From the IMG/VR virus record IMGVR_UViG_3300022555_000042: a DNA stretch of 64,000 nt. One strand, 5' to 3'. The position numbers were made by a program, and so were the translations under genes. Below the pieces are notes generated by a model. It had not been told where the DNA came from. It saw nothing but the letters and a program-made list of their open reading frames with translations, and did no database searches. This stretch comes from an uncultured virus (IMG/VR IMGVR_UViG_3300022555_000042) (Duplodnaviria > Heunggongvirae > Uroviricota > Caudoviricetes). Positions 40,136-50,530 of this stretch are shown piece by piece; position 1 is the first letter of the stretch, and each line of letters begins with the position of its first letter.

Positions 40136-40795
40136 ATGATAGTCGAAACTGAAGTTGGAGCAAAAATCCTGACTGCTGGGTCTAAGCCTCCGATTCGAGT
40201 TGATCGCTCGGGGGCGATGGTGATCTCAGATGCTCGCACTCGCTTTCAAGAGGCGGTCTTGCAGGGTAACTGTTTCGCCCTCTGTCAAGCTGCGGCCACA
40301 AATAATACTGTAGTAGCAGGCAATGCTTATGGTGCGGGTGCTGCCGCTTCTACAAACTTCTGTCTCTGGAATCCTATTGGCTCAGGGAAAATAGCAGTTT
40401 TGTGGCAATTCAATCTATGTGTAGTAACCTGCACTACGCTTACGTCGTATCCGGTTTTCCATGCCCTTTTTAACGCTACATCTGTAACGGCTACTTCTTC
40501 CGGTGGTATTCGCAACCTCAATGGAGCTTCGGGTGGGTCGCAGATGTTTTGCCTAAACAGCACTGCTGGAACAGCTATAACTGGCGGTTTGGCTCCTTAC
40601 CCGGTTTGTATGGCTAATTTTACACAAACGGTCGCCCCAGGAACCGCTGCGACTTGGCCTAACCCTACTACTGATTTAATTGAGGGAAGAATTATTATTC
40701 CACAAGGCATAGGCTGGGTTCCTCTGATTTATGGTACGGCCAGTTCTGCACTTGTGGTTAGTTATTCGGTGGTATGGGAAGAAATACCCGCTTAA
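40136..40795 (+). CDS. array B paralogue 2 of 4
   Basis: Same conserved blocks. Confidence 0.75.
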   Translation: MIVETEVGAKILTAGSKPPIRVDRSGAMVISDARTRFQEAVLQGNCFALCQAAATNNTVVAGNAYGAGAAASTNFCLWNPIGSGKIAVLWQFNLCVVTCTTLTSYPVFHALFNATSVTATSSGGIRNLNGASGGSQMFCLNSTAGTAITGGLAPYPVCMANFTQTVAPGTAATWPNPTTDLIEGRIIIPQGIGWVPLIYGTASSALVVSYSVVWEEIPA

Positions 40796-40804
40796 GGAGA
40801 ATGT

Positions 40805-41470
40805 ATGATCGCCCCTCTTGAAACTCAAGTTGGCATACAAAATCTTGCGAATATGGCTAGACCCACTATTCGTTCGGATCGCACTGGTGCCGTTGTTACA
40901 GTTGATACCCATGCTCGCTTTCAAGAGGCCGTCATACAGGGCAATGTCTATGGGTTTACTGGCGTAGCTACAGCCACCGCTGCCGCCCAAATAGTTGGCG
41001 GTGCCGCTGGTGGCCATCTTAATTTTGCTATATGGAACCCAGTTGGTTCTGGGAAGAACCTGGTATTATGGGTTTTTGGAATGGGCATTATCAGCGGAAC
41101 CCCAACCGCTGGCCCTGCGTGGCATGGGATGATGAACACTTCCAACGTTTCGGCAGTATCCTCAGTGGCAGCCGGGCTTGGCCCTTATAACCTAAATGGT
41201 TCGTTCAGCAAATCAGTGGCCAACGTATGGTTTGTGGCAGCCGATACCACTAATTTTACTGGCGGTGGAGCACCCTATCAGGTGTGTATGGCTAACTTCT
41301 CCATGGCCAACACCAACACTAACACTTTAGCCAACCCCAACTACACCAATGATTTCATTGATGGGAAAATTATAATTCCCCAAGGCATGGGTTGGCTACC
41401 ACTGCGGGCTGGAACTGGAAGCAGCGACAACACCGCTTATTCTATTGTTTGGGAAGAAATAGCGGCTTAA
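40805..41470 (+). CDS. array B paralogue 3 of 4
   Basis: Same conserved blocks. Confidence 0.75.
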   Translation: MIAPLETQVGIQNLANMARPTIRSDRTGAVVTVDTHARFQEAVIQGNVYGFTGVATATAAAQIVGGAAGGHLNFAIWNPVGSGKNLVLWVFGMGIISGTPTAGPAWHGMMNTSNVSAVSSVAAGLGPYNLNGSFSKSVANVWFVAADTTNFTGGGAPYQVCMANFSMANTNTNTLANPNYTNDFIDGKIIIPQGMGWLPLRAGTGSSDNTAYSIVWEEIAA

Positions 41471-41484
41471 AATCGGAGAATTGC

Positions 41485-42156
41485 ATGTTAATTGAAACCC
41501 AAGTAGGCCCGTTAAATCTTGCTGCAGGCAGCAATGCCATTCTGCGCAGTGATAGAAGCGCTGCAACCACAGTTGTGGAGGGGCACGCTCGCTTTCAAGA
41601 CGCCGTGTACAACGGTAACGTATTCGGATTTAGCGGGAGTTGCACTACGGCTGGGGCCGGGCAGGTAATGGCTGGAGCCGCCGCCGCCGCCCTTAATTTC
41701 ATTATCTGGAATCCAGTGGGCTCTGGTAAAAACCTCGTACTTTGGCAATTTAATTGTGGTCTTATTAGCGGCGCAGCATCTACTTTACAGATTGGTGCCA
41801 TTTGGCACCAAATGATGAATACAGCTGCGGTATCAATAGCCACAGGCTGGGCTGGCCAGTATGGAGCATATAATATGGGCGGGACGCCAGCTAAGCCAGT
41901 TGCTAATACTTTGTTTAGTGCTGGTGGAACCGCATTCACTGGTGGTACGGCTCCCTTCCCACTTTACATGGCTAATTTTGGAGTAAGCTTGTCATCGGCA
42001 CAAACTGCAGCAGTGACCTTCCCCATCTCGACTGTTGATCTGATTGATGGAAAGATCGTAATACCACAAGGTATGGGATGGTTGCCCACACCTAATGTAA
42101 CAAATGCCACACAGTTGTATGCTTACTCAGTTATTTGGGAAGAAATCCCAGTTTAA
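41485..42156 (+). CDS. array B paralogue 4 of 4
   Basis: Same blocks; start at MLIETQVG with GGAG RBS. Confidence 0.75.
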   Translation: MLIETQVGPLNLAAGSNAILRSDRSAATTVVEGHARFQDAVYNGNVFGFSGSCTTAGAGQVMAGAAAAALNFIIWNPVGSGKNLVLWQFNCGLISGAASTLQIGAIWHQMMNTAAVSIATGWAGQYGAYNMGGTPAKPVANTLFSAGGTAFTGGTAPFPLYMANFGVSLSSAQTAAVTFPISTVDLIDGKIVIPQGMGWLPTPNVTNATQLYAYSVIWEEIPV

Positions 42157-42168
42157 TAGGATCTTGAC

Positions 42169-43323
42169 ATGCCAAGAGCTGACGGGCAAATTTCTACTTC
42201 AGTATCTGACATCCCAGAACTTCTCCAAGTTGCATATGATCAAAAGGATCTTTTGGAGATAATGTCACAAACTGGGCAGAAGGCGATGGCAGCTTCTCTG
42301 CCAGTAGCCATCGCCTCGGACCAACAACCCGTTCCTGTTATGGGATTCGGGGGCACTATAAATGCCACTATGTCAGATAAATTCAGTGGAAATAAAGCCC
42401 AGATATCCCCGATGCGTGATCTTAAAACTATTGAACCATTTAGATTAGTTGGGACGTCTTTTACTACTTCTAATGATACAAACTTTTGGACTGTATCTAA
42501 TAGCGGCGCAGCTTCAGGAGCAACAGTAAATGTTATTGCTACCCTGACTTCTGGCACAGGTAACAGTGGTTATGGTCAAATTCAGTCTGTCAGAAGTGGT
42601 AGATTCATTTTTGCGAACCCAAACCAGTTTAGGTGCATTTCTCGTGTGACTGCTACTACGGTTGCTTTAAACACCCGAAGATGGGGTGCATTTACTGTAT
42701 CAGGACAAACTCCTCAAGATGGATTTTATTTTGAACTATCTGCTGTTGGAGTTTTATCTGTTAATATGGTTAAGGGAGGTACTCCTACTTCTATAGAATC
42801 TGGATTATTCAACGGTGATGTAGGTTCTATAAAAATGGATACACAAAAACATTCTTATGAAATTATATACTTTATGGAGTGGGCAGATTTCTATGTTGAT
42901 AATGTATGGATTCATAGAATATCTCCAACAACTGCCCCAATGACCAATACTCTACTTCTACCAGTTGGTGCAACTTCCATCAATAGTGCTTCAGGCGTAA
43001 CTTCTGGAGTTTTAGAAGTATGGTCAGCAATGATTTTAAGGTTAGGCAAAGAAAATTCTGAACCTAAAAGTATCCATCTGACTACTGCTGCCACAACCAC
43101 ACTTAAATTAGGCGCTGGTAATTTACATCGGATAGTGCTCAACAATGCTGGCGGGACATTAATTACTATATATGATAATACTGCTGGTTCTGGAACTGTG
43201 TTGGCAATTATCAATACTCCAGAGACTGCCAGTGCGATATCATTAGATTATTTTATTCCATTTGCTATTGGTTTAACTATCGTTACTACTGGGACTTGGG
43301 ACCTGACTGTTATTTATGAGTGA
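42169..43323 (+). CDS. putative virion protein, lectin-like, sharing the array A N-terminal motif
   Basis: LLEIMSQTGQKAMAASLPVAIASDQ; DGFYFEL..HSYEI..FYVDN. Confidence 0.7.
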   Translation: MPRADGQISTSVSDIPELLQVAYDQKDLLEIMSQTGQKAMAASLPVAIASDQQPVPVMGFGGTINATMSDKFSGNKAQISPMRDLKTIEPFRLVGTSFTTSNDTNFWTVSNSGAASGATVNVIATLTSGTGNSGYGQIQSVRSGRFIFANPNQFRCISRVTATTVALNTRRWGAFTVSGQTPQDGFYFELSAVGVLSVNMVKGGTPTSIESGLFNGDVGSIKMDTQKHSYEIIYFMEWADFYVDNVWIHRISPTTAPMTNTLLLPVGATSINSASGVTSGVLEVWSAMILRLGKENSEPKSIHLTTAATTTLKLGAGNLHRIVLNNAGGTLITIYDNTAGSGTVLAIINTPETASAISLDYFIPFAIGLTIVTTGTWDLTVIYE

Positions 43324-43334
43324 GGATATTTAAT

Positions 43335-43667
43335 ATGACTGACTTTTTGACAACCCCAATCCAAGCATCTAATGCTTTCCAACAGGTAGAAGAAATCCGT
43401 AAAGAGTCTAGGGCAATGTTTGATAGTTTTGCGGTTCAAACCCAAAAAACCTATGACAAAATTTGGAATAATCTCGATCCAACCTGCACCCCAGACAAAA
43501 TGTGGGAGGCAATCGGAACAGCTGGAGTCTCAGCTTTAAAGACTCATATTGCTGCCTGCACCTTTATCGAAACAGTGTGTCCGGGCACATTATCTCCTCG
43601 TTTTCTATCAGCCCAGCAACCAATAACTATTAATGAGGATGGATCGATTAAAATAACGGGCCAATAA
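43335..43667 (+). CDS. hypothetical protein
   Basis: GAGGA RBS. Confidence 0.6.
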   Translation: MTDFLTTPIQASNAFQQVEEIRKESRAMFDSFAVQTQKTYDKIWNNLDPTCTPDKMWEAIGTAGVSALKTHIAACTFIETVCPGTLSPRFLSAQQPITINEDGSIKITGQ

Positions 43668-43694
43668 TCGTTGTGCCGTATGTATTAAAACTGC

Positions 43695-44837
43695 ATGCAA
43701 TTACGATTTCACGTCCTCGGCCTACCCCACACACAGACCAGCAAAGCATATAATGTCTGTGCCTTCACTTCAAATTGTTATTCCTTCTGTAAAATGATGA
43801 TGTCACTTGGCCATGAAGTCATCCATTATGGCGTGGAAGGCTCAAACCCGCCGTGCACTGAAAACGTCCAAGTAATGACCAAGGTGGAGCAGTCGGAATT
43901 CTTTGGCGGGCACGACCATCGCACCCAAGGAGCAATAGTAGAGTGGGATGGCTCCAAACCATACTGGCTGTTTATGAACGGCAAAATCATCGCCGAAATG
44001 GCCAGACGAGTCAAACACAAAGACTTCATTGCCGTTACTACCCCCATCCAAGATACCATTGCTGACACATATCGCGGCATAACAATACCAGTTGAGTATA
44101 CTACAGGGTATACTGGGATAGGTAAAAACCATAAAGTATTCCCATCATATACCCATATGCATTATGTGTATGGCCAATATCGCTGGAATGAAGACGGACG
44201 ATATTATGACTCAGTAATTCCACATTATGTAGATCCAGATGATTTTAGCCTATGCCAAGAGAAGGGCGATTATTATCTATATCTCGGGCGAATCATGGCC
44301 CGCAAAGGCATTCATATCGCATTAACTACCACTGAACATATTGGTGCCAAATTAATTATAGCAGGCCAGGGCGGCAAACTGGTGAACGGTAGACTGCTCG
44401 GAGACCACTTAGACTTAGCCCCTGGAAATTGGGAGTACGTTGGGCCAGCCGATGTTAAGAAACGATCAGAGTTAATGGGGCATGCCAAGGCTGTGTTTGT
44501 TCCGTCAACTTACCTTGAACCATTTGGATTAGTGGCCATAGAAGCTCAAGCGTGTGGCACCCCAGTAATTACTACAGACTGGGGCGCATTTGTGGAAACT
44601 GTAGAACATGGAGTCACTGGGTTTAGATGCAGAACCCTCGATCATTTTGTGTGGGCCGCACAAAACGTCCACACCTTGGATCCCAAAACAATTAGAGAGA
44701 AGACTCTAGCTAAGTATTCAATCGATCGGATTAAGCTAGCATATGATGAATATTTCCACATGCTATATGACCTATGGGGTGATGGTTGGAACGTTGTACA
44801 TGATGATAGAGTACAACTCGATTGGTTGAAGAAATAA
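43695..44837 (+). CDS. glycosyltransferase, GT-B fold (GT4-like)
   Basis: YLGRIMARKG, EPFGLVAIEAQACGTPVITTDWGAFVETVEHGVTG. Confidence 0.92.
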   Translation: MQLRFHVLGLPHTQTSKAYNVCAFTSNCYSFCKMMMSLGHEVIHYGVEGSNPPCTENVQVMTKVEQSEFFGGHDHRTQGAIVEWDGSKPYWLFMNGKIIAEMARRVKHKDFIAVTTPIQDTIADTYRGITIPVEYTTGYTGIGKNHKVFPSYTHMHYVYGQYRWNEDGRYYDSVIPHYVDPDDFSLCQEKGDYYLYLGRIMARKGIHIALTTTEHIGAKLIIAGQGGKLVNGRLLGDHLDLAPGNWEYVGPADVKKRSELMGHAKAVFVPSTYLEPFGLVAIEAQACGTPVITTDWGAFVETVEHGVTGFRCRTLDHFVWAAQNVHTLDPKTIREKTLAKYSIDRIKLAYDEYFHMLYDLWGDGWNVVHDDRVQLDWLKK

Positions 44838-45460
44838 TGCTGCCTAACACTTGGAATGAATTATGGTCGTCATGGTATGCCAATAAATCTGCAATGAATT
44901 GCTATGACTTTCAACGTGAACAAGTTGGCCGCTGCGCTAGGCCGGTCCTTAATGCAGCTTGTGCCTATGACCCAGCCGACCTAGGGGATATGGGTGCTAT
45001 TAATATGGATATTCAGCAAGTTGAACCATGGACCAATAGAGACTTCTCAAAGTGCAAGCAATATATAAATGGAGATGTGCGTAATATTCCATTCCCCAAT
45101 CGGCATTTCGGGGCGGTCGTCCTGGGCGAATTTCTGGAGCATTGTACTGTCGAATCAGCCGCAGCGGCCTTGAGTGAATGCCACCGGGCGTTGCGGGACG
45201 AGGGCGTAGTTATTATTACACTGCCGCTCGATGCCCGTCCCAGAGGTGAGCAGGAAATGTTCCACACCGCCGGCATGCCTATCCCTCCAGATATGTATTG
45301 CGACGACATCACAGCGTATCACAGCATGTATTGGTCCAATACGATGCTTGATACCCTGTTTATCAGGACTGGATTTATAGAGATACTACGGCAGCCACTG
45401 TTGTATTTTCTTACTGCGCCAGTGGGCGGATGGGGTCTGGTTCTCAGAAAGTCTATTTAA
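44837..45460 (+). CDS. class I SAM-dependent methyltransferase-like protein
   Basis: VLNAAC, GDVRNIPFPNRHFGAVVLGEFLEH, ECHRALRDEG. Confidence 0.8.
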   Translation: MLPNTWNELWSSWYANKSAMNCYDFQREQVGRCARPVLNAACAYDPADLGDMGAINMDIQQVEPWTNRDFSKCKQYINGDVRNIPFPNRHFGAVVLGEFLEHCTVESAAAALSECHRALRDEGVVIITLPLDARPRGEQEMFHTAGMPIPPDMYCDDITAYHSMYWSNTMLDTLFIRTGFIEILRQPLLYFLTAPVGGWGLVLRKSI

Positions 45461-46013
45461 TCCCCAGGATGTTCTTGGGCGAAATCAGCACGGACACCCC
45501 ATCTTCTGTTTCGCACAGATAGCAGGCTCCGCGCTTGACCTTGATGCTGGCTATTTTTGTGGCCTGACCCATCTGCACTTCCAGACGGCAGCCTGGCCAT
45601 AGCTCGGGGTGCGGTGGGATCTTGATCTTGCCCTTGCCCTTGATCCGCAGAATATTGATGAGTTTCTCGATCTCTTCTGTGGCCAGGTCGTATTCCTCGA
45701 TCTCGTCGATGAGGCGGCTGAGCATGCCAAAATGGAGGGAGCTAATGGGTACCACGTAACGGCTGTGATCGTTTTCAACTAGGCAGAGGCCATCTTGCCG
45801 GCGTAGGACCAGGACCTTGCCGCAGAGGTCATGGGTGGCCCATCGGCAATTGCGGTCTGTATTCTTATCCAGGTCGATATTCTTGTGCGCTTCGGAACAG
45901 GTTCGGATATGCTCGTAAACTCGTCTGTCTGCCTGCCCGCAGTGCGGGCAGTTGTCTCCTGCGATGGCCTCCTCGATGCTCATTACGGCGATTATTTGGG
46001 GCTTGGTATCCAT
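45453..46013 (-). CDS. hypothetical protein with CPHC..EH..C zinc motif
   Basis: AAGGAGG upstream; start uncertain. Confidence 0.6.
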   Translation of the reverse strand: MDTKPQIIAVMSIEEAIAGDNCPHCGQADRRVYEHIRTCSEAHKNIDLDKNTDRNCRWATHDLCGKVLVLRRQDGLCLVENDHSRYVVPISSLHFGMLSRLIDEIEEYDLATEEIEKLINILRIKGKGKIKIPPHPELWPGCRLEVQMGQATKIASIKVKRGACYLCETEDGVSVLISPKNILGIK

Positions 46014-46102
46014 GGGTTTCAAGTCCGCCTCCTTGTTGTGTGTACGCTGTTTCTTTAAATACCCTTCAGAGGCTAGCGGTAGCAGCTTCTCCCCATCGGC
46101 TC

Positions 46103-46129
46103 GTGCCGCGCCGCGCCGCCGCCAGCAAA
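46103..46129 (-). promoter_or_regulatory. TTTGC-N17-GGCAC motif
   Basis: Very similar to the copy at 54387. Confidence 0.6.
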
Positions 46130-46199
46130 GCAGACTCCGCCATGGCCGCTGGACCGCCAAGACTGGTCAAGCCAAAAATAAGTATATAAGGGATAACCT

Positions 46200-46634
46200 A
46201 TGGCCCGAAACATATTTGAGAATGTCATCGACGTCATCCTGGAAGACGCGGAGAGCTTCAAACCAGTGCGGGACGCCGTAGGCAGACTGTCAGCATCTAA
46301 GCAGACTGTCAGCAATGCCGAACAGGAACTGCGGCGTCAAGTGCACGAGCTGAATGCGCGGTTAGCCTCTGAAATACGCCGCAACAACCCCAGCCTCAGC
46401 GTGGCGATCATCGATGGTAAATGTGTAGTTCAGCTTGGAGATTATCGCAGGAAGCTTACCCTCAGGCCAGACGTGGAGCGAAGCATCTTTATATGCGGCA
46501 ACTCCAAATTTGATAGGGGCTTTATCCGTCGGCGTGGCCACACTCTCGGTCTAGACCTACCACAGCTTGGGCGGGAAATTGCTGATTTCTTCAAGGCCAA
46601 CTACCGGTCAATTGAGCAAGAGGATTTGCCGTGA
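46200..46634 (+). CDS. hypothetical protein
   Basis: First ORF of a coupled run. Confidence 0.7.
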   Translation: MARNIFENVIDVILEDAESFKPVRDAVGRLSASKQTVSNAEQELRRQVHELNARLASEIRRNNPSLSVAIIDGKCVVQLGDYRRKLTLRPDVERSIFICGNSKFDRGFIRRRGHTLGLDLPQLGREIADFFKANYRSIEQEDLP

Positions 46635-47191
46635 ATGCTGAGGCCATACTAGCGTCGCTTATCGCCCACATGGAAAGACCCATCGACCTCGCCGAACGCG
46701 CCAGGCGGCTTGAACCAATGCTTCCTGTGGCCACTCGGCGGGCTAAATCTGTATTCGCAAAGTATTACGGGCTACTCGGCAAGAAAATCGCTCACGAAGA
46801 CATCCTCGGATATATCTCCCGCCTCAAAGAGCAAATGGAAGCGGGCAAAGCAGAATCAGAGGCGCGAAAAGCCGACGAACCCCAGGCACAGCAAGAAATG
46901 CCCGCAGGAGGCATGCGAGAAAGCATCGAGGCCCGTCTTGACCGCATCCTGACCGAAGAGCATGCGGTATATAGAACCGCCGACGGAAAGGCTGGCATCT
47001 CACCAGACTTGGGCGTAATCGTGGTTAAGACCGACACTGGGGAGGAAGCCCCGGTAACTAAAAACCATGCTGATACACTAAAATTACTGGTTAGTGCGTT
47101 GGCGAGTAGCCCAACGGGCAACAAAGCCCTCCAGGATGCCGTGGCAGGTATCGCCAATCCGGCGGCCTCTAATCGGCTAGTCATGAAATAA
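46631..47191 (+). CDS. hypothetical protein
   Basis: GTGA overlap, GAGGA RBS. Confidence 0.7.
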   Translation: MNAEAILASLIAHMERPIDLAERARRLEPMLPVATRRAKSVFAKYYGLLGKKIAHEDILGYISRLKEQMEAGKAESEARKADEPQAQQEMPAGGMRESIEARLDRILTEEHAVYRTADGKAGISPDLGVIVVKTDTGEEAPVTKNHADTLKLLVSALASSPTGNKALQDAVAGIANPAASNRLVMK

Positions 47192-47201
47192 TGGAGTTAC
47201 A

Positions 47202-48281
47202 ATGTCCTCCAAGATAACTGTCTCCGAATCCTTCAAGCAGTATCGCGGCGAAGTCGAAATCGAAATCCGCGACCGCCACGGCAACCTTATCAGTAGGCAC
47301 CGTGAGCATAACCTCATCAAAATCTTCGCCAAAGAAATGCTTTCCCACCGCCTCCCATACTCCAAAGTGTGGGATCCAACCGCATCGTCCGGGACCGGTG
47401 GATGGGTAGACTCTGGAATTGACGCTTTGGAGGAATTCGCCGCAAAGTACATCCTCTTTGGTGCTTCCTTTGACAGTGACAAGGCCAGTTCAACCTACGG
47501 ATACCCACTCAGTTCGACCGATACCAGGTACTATACAATTGATCCCGTGACTGGCACGCCAGTCGCTAAGACGCCAGATGTCGGAGCAGACCATGGCGGC
47601 GACCTCATCAATCCAATCCCCATTTCCGATCCAGATCGGCCTCTTAAGAAGATTGAGCGGGCCTATTTTGAGCCGTCTTACCAGCCACCTGAGAGTCCGC
47701 TGCTCTCCAGTGACGTTAGGGCAGTCAACAACGTCCTGGTGCTCGAAACCACGCTCGAATCTGGCGAGTATAATGGATTTGGGGTTACTAGCGGCGATTT
47801 CTTTACCATTACTGAGGTGGCTTTGGCCGGCGGGGCAATCCTGCCCGATACCTCTACGCCATGCGATTGCGTCCCGAGCCTATTGTTCCTGGAAGGCGTG
47901 GGCGGCCTGAACGACAAGCAGATTATTGCGGTGGCCAACGGCTCGCAAACGATCACCATCGATCCAACCGTTGATGCTTCTGACGTCAACCGAATTAAGG
48001 AAGGCGATCAGATCTACATTGTGGGGCGTAGCGGGTCTGCTGAGGAGTATGACCCAATTGAGCAATCCAACCCATATTATCTGGCCTTGACGAAGGCGGT
48101 GGGCGGGCGCGATATTGTATTGGACCGTACGCCAGTGACCAGTGCAGGTGCGCCGCTCACTGGTCCAATTGGGATCTATCGCACGACGCTTCGGCTGTTC
48201 AGCCAGAGGATTCTGAGCGTGCCGTTCAAGAAATCCTCAGATTTCCAGATTATATGCCGCTGGCGCATAAGTTTTGCCTAA
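47202..48281 (+). CDS. putative baseplate/tail structural protein
   Basis: RGEVEIEI..HNLI N-terminus, ITEVAL, KSSDFQIICRWRISF C-terminus, a pattern seen in baseplate-type proteins. Confidence 0.6.
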   Translation: MSSKITVSESFKQYRGEVEIEIRDRHGNLISRHREHNLIKIFAKEMLSHRLPYSKVWDPTASSGTGGWVDSGIDALEEFAAKYILFGASFDSDKASSTYGYPLSSTDTRYYTIDPVTGTPVAKTPDVGADHGGDLINPIPISDPDRPLKKIERAYFEPSYQPPESPLLSSDVRAVNNVLVLETTLESGEYNGFGVTSGDFFTITEVALAGGAILPDTSTPCDCVPSLLFLEGVGGLNDKQIIAVANGSQTITIDPTVDASDVNRIKEGDQIYIVGRSGSAEEYDPIEQSNPYYLALTKAVGGRDIVLDRTPVTSAGAPLTGPIGIYRTTLRLFSQRILSVPFKKSSDFQIICRWRISFA

Positions 48282-48326
48282 TTTTATAATCGCTCGCCTT
48301 CTGAGTAAATATAACCAGGAGGCCAT

Positions 48327-49424
48327 ATGAAAGCGATTGATTGGGCTGTCGTTGATCCACTCATTAGACAGCATCTACCAAGTATGAGTTGTGTAAACTT
48401 TTGTGGTCAGTTTACACCATTTACAATCCCTAGAACTATTGGCATGAGAGCTAGAAAGCTTGGCATTAAGTCAGCTCACAAGGTTATCTCACCAGAGCAA
48501 AAGCTAGCTATTTCCAGGGCTGTAAGGAGCCGCCTAGTCTGGCGCATTGATTGGGCTAAATATGATGATTTTATTAAGTCTGGTCTACCGAATCATTCGG
48601 TCGCTGAATTTTGTAAGAAGTATCAAGTAGCCGCGTCAGCAAAACAAGTTGCTAAGAGAGCTAGGTTGCTGGGCGTGGTGCCACTGAGAATATGCTCAGA
48701 GCAAAAAAGAAATAAGATCGCCAATTCAATAAAACAGTATGACTTTACTAAAGAGTCGGATGAGTTTATTCTAAAACACAAAGACGATATGGGTCAAAGA
48801 GAGATTGCGAATTCTCTTGGTGTTAGCCACGCTGCATTGTGGAGGAGAATGAATGAGCTTGGACTGCATCGTGACCCATCCGTCCTTAGTAGTATAATAT
48901 CCAAGCACATGGAAAAAGCCGCGCCAAAAATGGCTGCTCGGTCATCGGCTAGGATTAGAGCCATGTCTGCCAATGAGTATATGGCATATCGCAAGGAGCT
49001 AAGCGAGAGGGCGGTGAAGTTATTTAAAGAGGGGAAGATTAGGCCAGGCCGTGGTGTTGGGCAAGACATGATTACATTAAAGGGTGGAAATTTTCGTACG
49101 AGGTCGAGTTATGAGACTAAGTACGTGAATATTCTTGAGAGTGATCCACAAGTCGTTAAGTTTGAGTATGAGCCTTTTCAAATTGAATATGAGCACGATG
49201 GGATAATTAAGTCGTACACCCCCGATTTCTTGGTGATCTATGAAGACCACGCTGAGTTAGTTGAGGTTAAACCATCTCGTTTGATTTCTATGGAACGGAA
49301 TCCGGCAAAATTTATAGCTGCTAGAAGGCATTGTCTAGATAATGATCTCGATTTTGTAGTAGTCACAGAGAAGCGGCTATTTAGGCCCAAACATAATATA
49401 GAGGTGATCGATGAAGCTATATAA
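48327..49424 (+). CDS. free-standing endonuclease with HTH repeats and TnsA-like PD-(D/E)XK domain
   Basis: RSSYE, FEYEPFQIEY, YTPDFLV, LVEVKP. Confidence 0.85.
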   Translation: MKAIDWAVVDPLIRQHLPSMSCVNFCGQFTPFTIPRTIGMRARKLGIKSAHKVISPEQKLAISRAVRSRLVWRIDWAKYDDFIKSGLPNHSVAEFCKKYQVAASAKQVAKRARLLGVVPLRICSEQKRNKIANSIKQYDFTKESDEFILKHKDDMGQREIANSLGVSHAALWRRMNELGLHRDPSVLSSIISKHMEKAAPKMAARSSARIRAMSANEYMAYRKELSERAVKLFKEGKIRPGRGVGQDMITLKGGNFRTRSSYETKYVNILESDPQVVKFEYEPFQIEYEHDGIIKSYTPDFLVIYEDHAELVEVKPSRLISMERNPAKFIAARRHCLDNDLDFVVVTEKRLFRPKHNIEVIDEAI

Positions 49425-50211
49425 TCTATATCTCATGGAGGCGGATGAGCAGCCCAGCCAGCCAGGCCAGCCTGGGATGGGCGGCAAGGTGGGGAAGATT
49501 TTAGACGCGGTGGCTGCGAACCCAGTTGGGCGTATCCTGATGGTTCTTGCTTCGATCATTTACAATGGGGTGATGAAGACTACGGTTAGTGTGGGGGAGA
49601 CTAAGCCCAGCGAAGGCATGCGTGGTCTTAGCGCCAATAGCCAGCGGATTCGCGATGAGACGCTGCGGAATTTGGGGCAGCATAAGGCATTGTACGACAA
49701 GGTGAAGACCCTGTCTGATGAAAATGGGGTCAAGTACAAGAATCTGCAAGAGTTAATGGTTCAGATAGAGGGCTCGGGGAATGACGCCGCCGCCAAGAAG
49801 ATGTATTTGGCCTTCTATGATGCTCACGTGCAGCTGATGAAGGAAGCGGACGATGGCGATGCGGCCACTAAGGTAGCAGCAATTCAGAAGGAATCGGACT
49901 TGTTATCGCAGGCTATCGATCAGTTGCAGGAGTATGCTAAGAATTTGGCGGCCTCTAAGAAGGCTTCGCCAGACGAGGAGGGAGCGGCCAGGGACGCGGC
50001 TGAGGTTGCGTTGGCTTTGGATCCAAAGGAGCAGGCTGAGTTCTTAGGCGTGTTGGCTAACACGTTGGGCGCGGATGGGGTTGAGGTGGTCAGGAAGCAG
50101 GCTGATGCGCTGGTCAAATCTGGGATCTCATTTACTCCTCAGCAGCGGGACGCTGCACGCCGGAAAGCCGCGTTGTACGTGAAAATGAAGGGACCGGGAT
50201 CGGGTCCATAA
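49411..50211 (+). CDS. hypothetical helical protein
   Basis: GAGGT RBS. Confidence 0.7.
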   Translation: MKLYNLYLMEADEQPSQPGQPGMGGKVGKILDAVAANPVGRILMVLASIIYNGVMKTTVSVGETKPSEGMRGLSANSQRIRDETLRNLGQHKALYDKVKTLSDENGVKYKNLQELMVQIEGSGNDAAAKKMYLAFYDAHVQLMKEADDGDAATKVAAIQKESDLLSQAIDQLQEYAKNLAASKKASPDEEGAARDAAEVALALDPKEQAEFLGVLANTLGADGVEVVRKQADALVKSGISFTPQQRDAARRKAALYVKMKGPGSGP

Positions 50212-50213
50212 GA

Positions 50214-50240
50214 TTTTCTTGGGCGGCCAGCGCGCCGCAC
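50214..50240 (+). promoter_or_regulatory. TTTTC-N17-CGCAC motif at the head of the RNA cluster
   Basis: Recurrent motif. Confidence 0.55.
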
Positions 50241-50261
50241 GTTGTCTCGGCAAACATAATA

Positions 50262-50530
50262 GTGTCGCGTATTTAACCGACAGAGGCTGGGTCTTTACCC
50301 AGGAGTTTAGGAATGGCTACCATGTTGCGAGTTACGACAAAAATACAATCCCGCCAGCGTCGCCCGCTCTCGGGTTGTAACTCGCTCTTTACTATTAGAT
50401 ATAATAGTAAAGACCATTCAGGATGCGGGCATACCACCCTGAAGCAGCGGCCCGAGACCGCTTAATCAGCTCCGAAAAACAATAAGGAACCTGAATTAAG
50501 CGGCGAGGGCAACCCCGACCAGGGGTAACT
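50262..50530 (+). ncRNA. candidate structured RNA of unknown class
   Basis: Several stems, e.g. 50327-38/50374-85, 50386-96/50403-13, 50458-66/50495-503. Confidence 0.45.

Noticed and set aside
34275..42156. Diversity-generating retroelement or invertase shufflon behind the arrays
   Set aside because: No reverse transcriptase, template/variable repeat pair or recombinase in the window; all copies are co-oriented and diverged throughout
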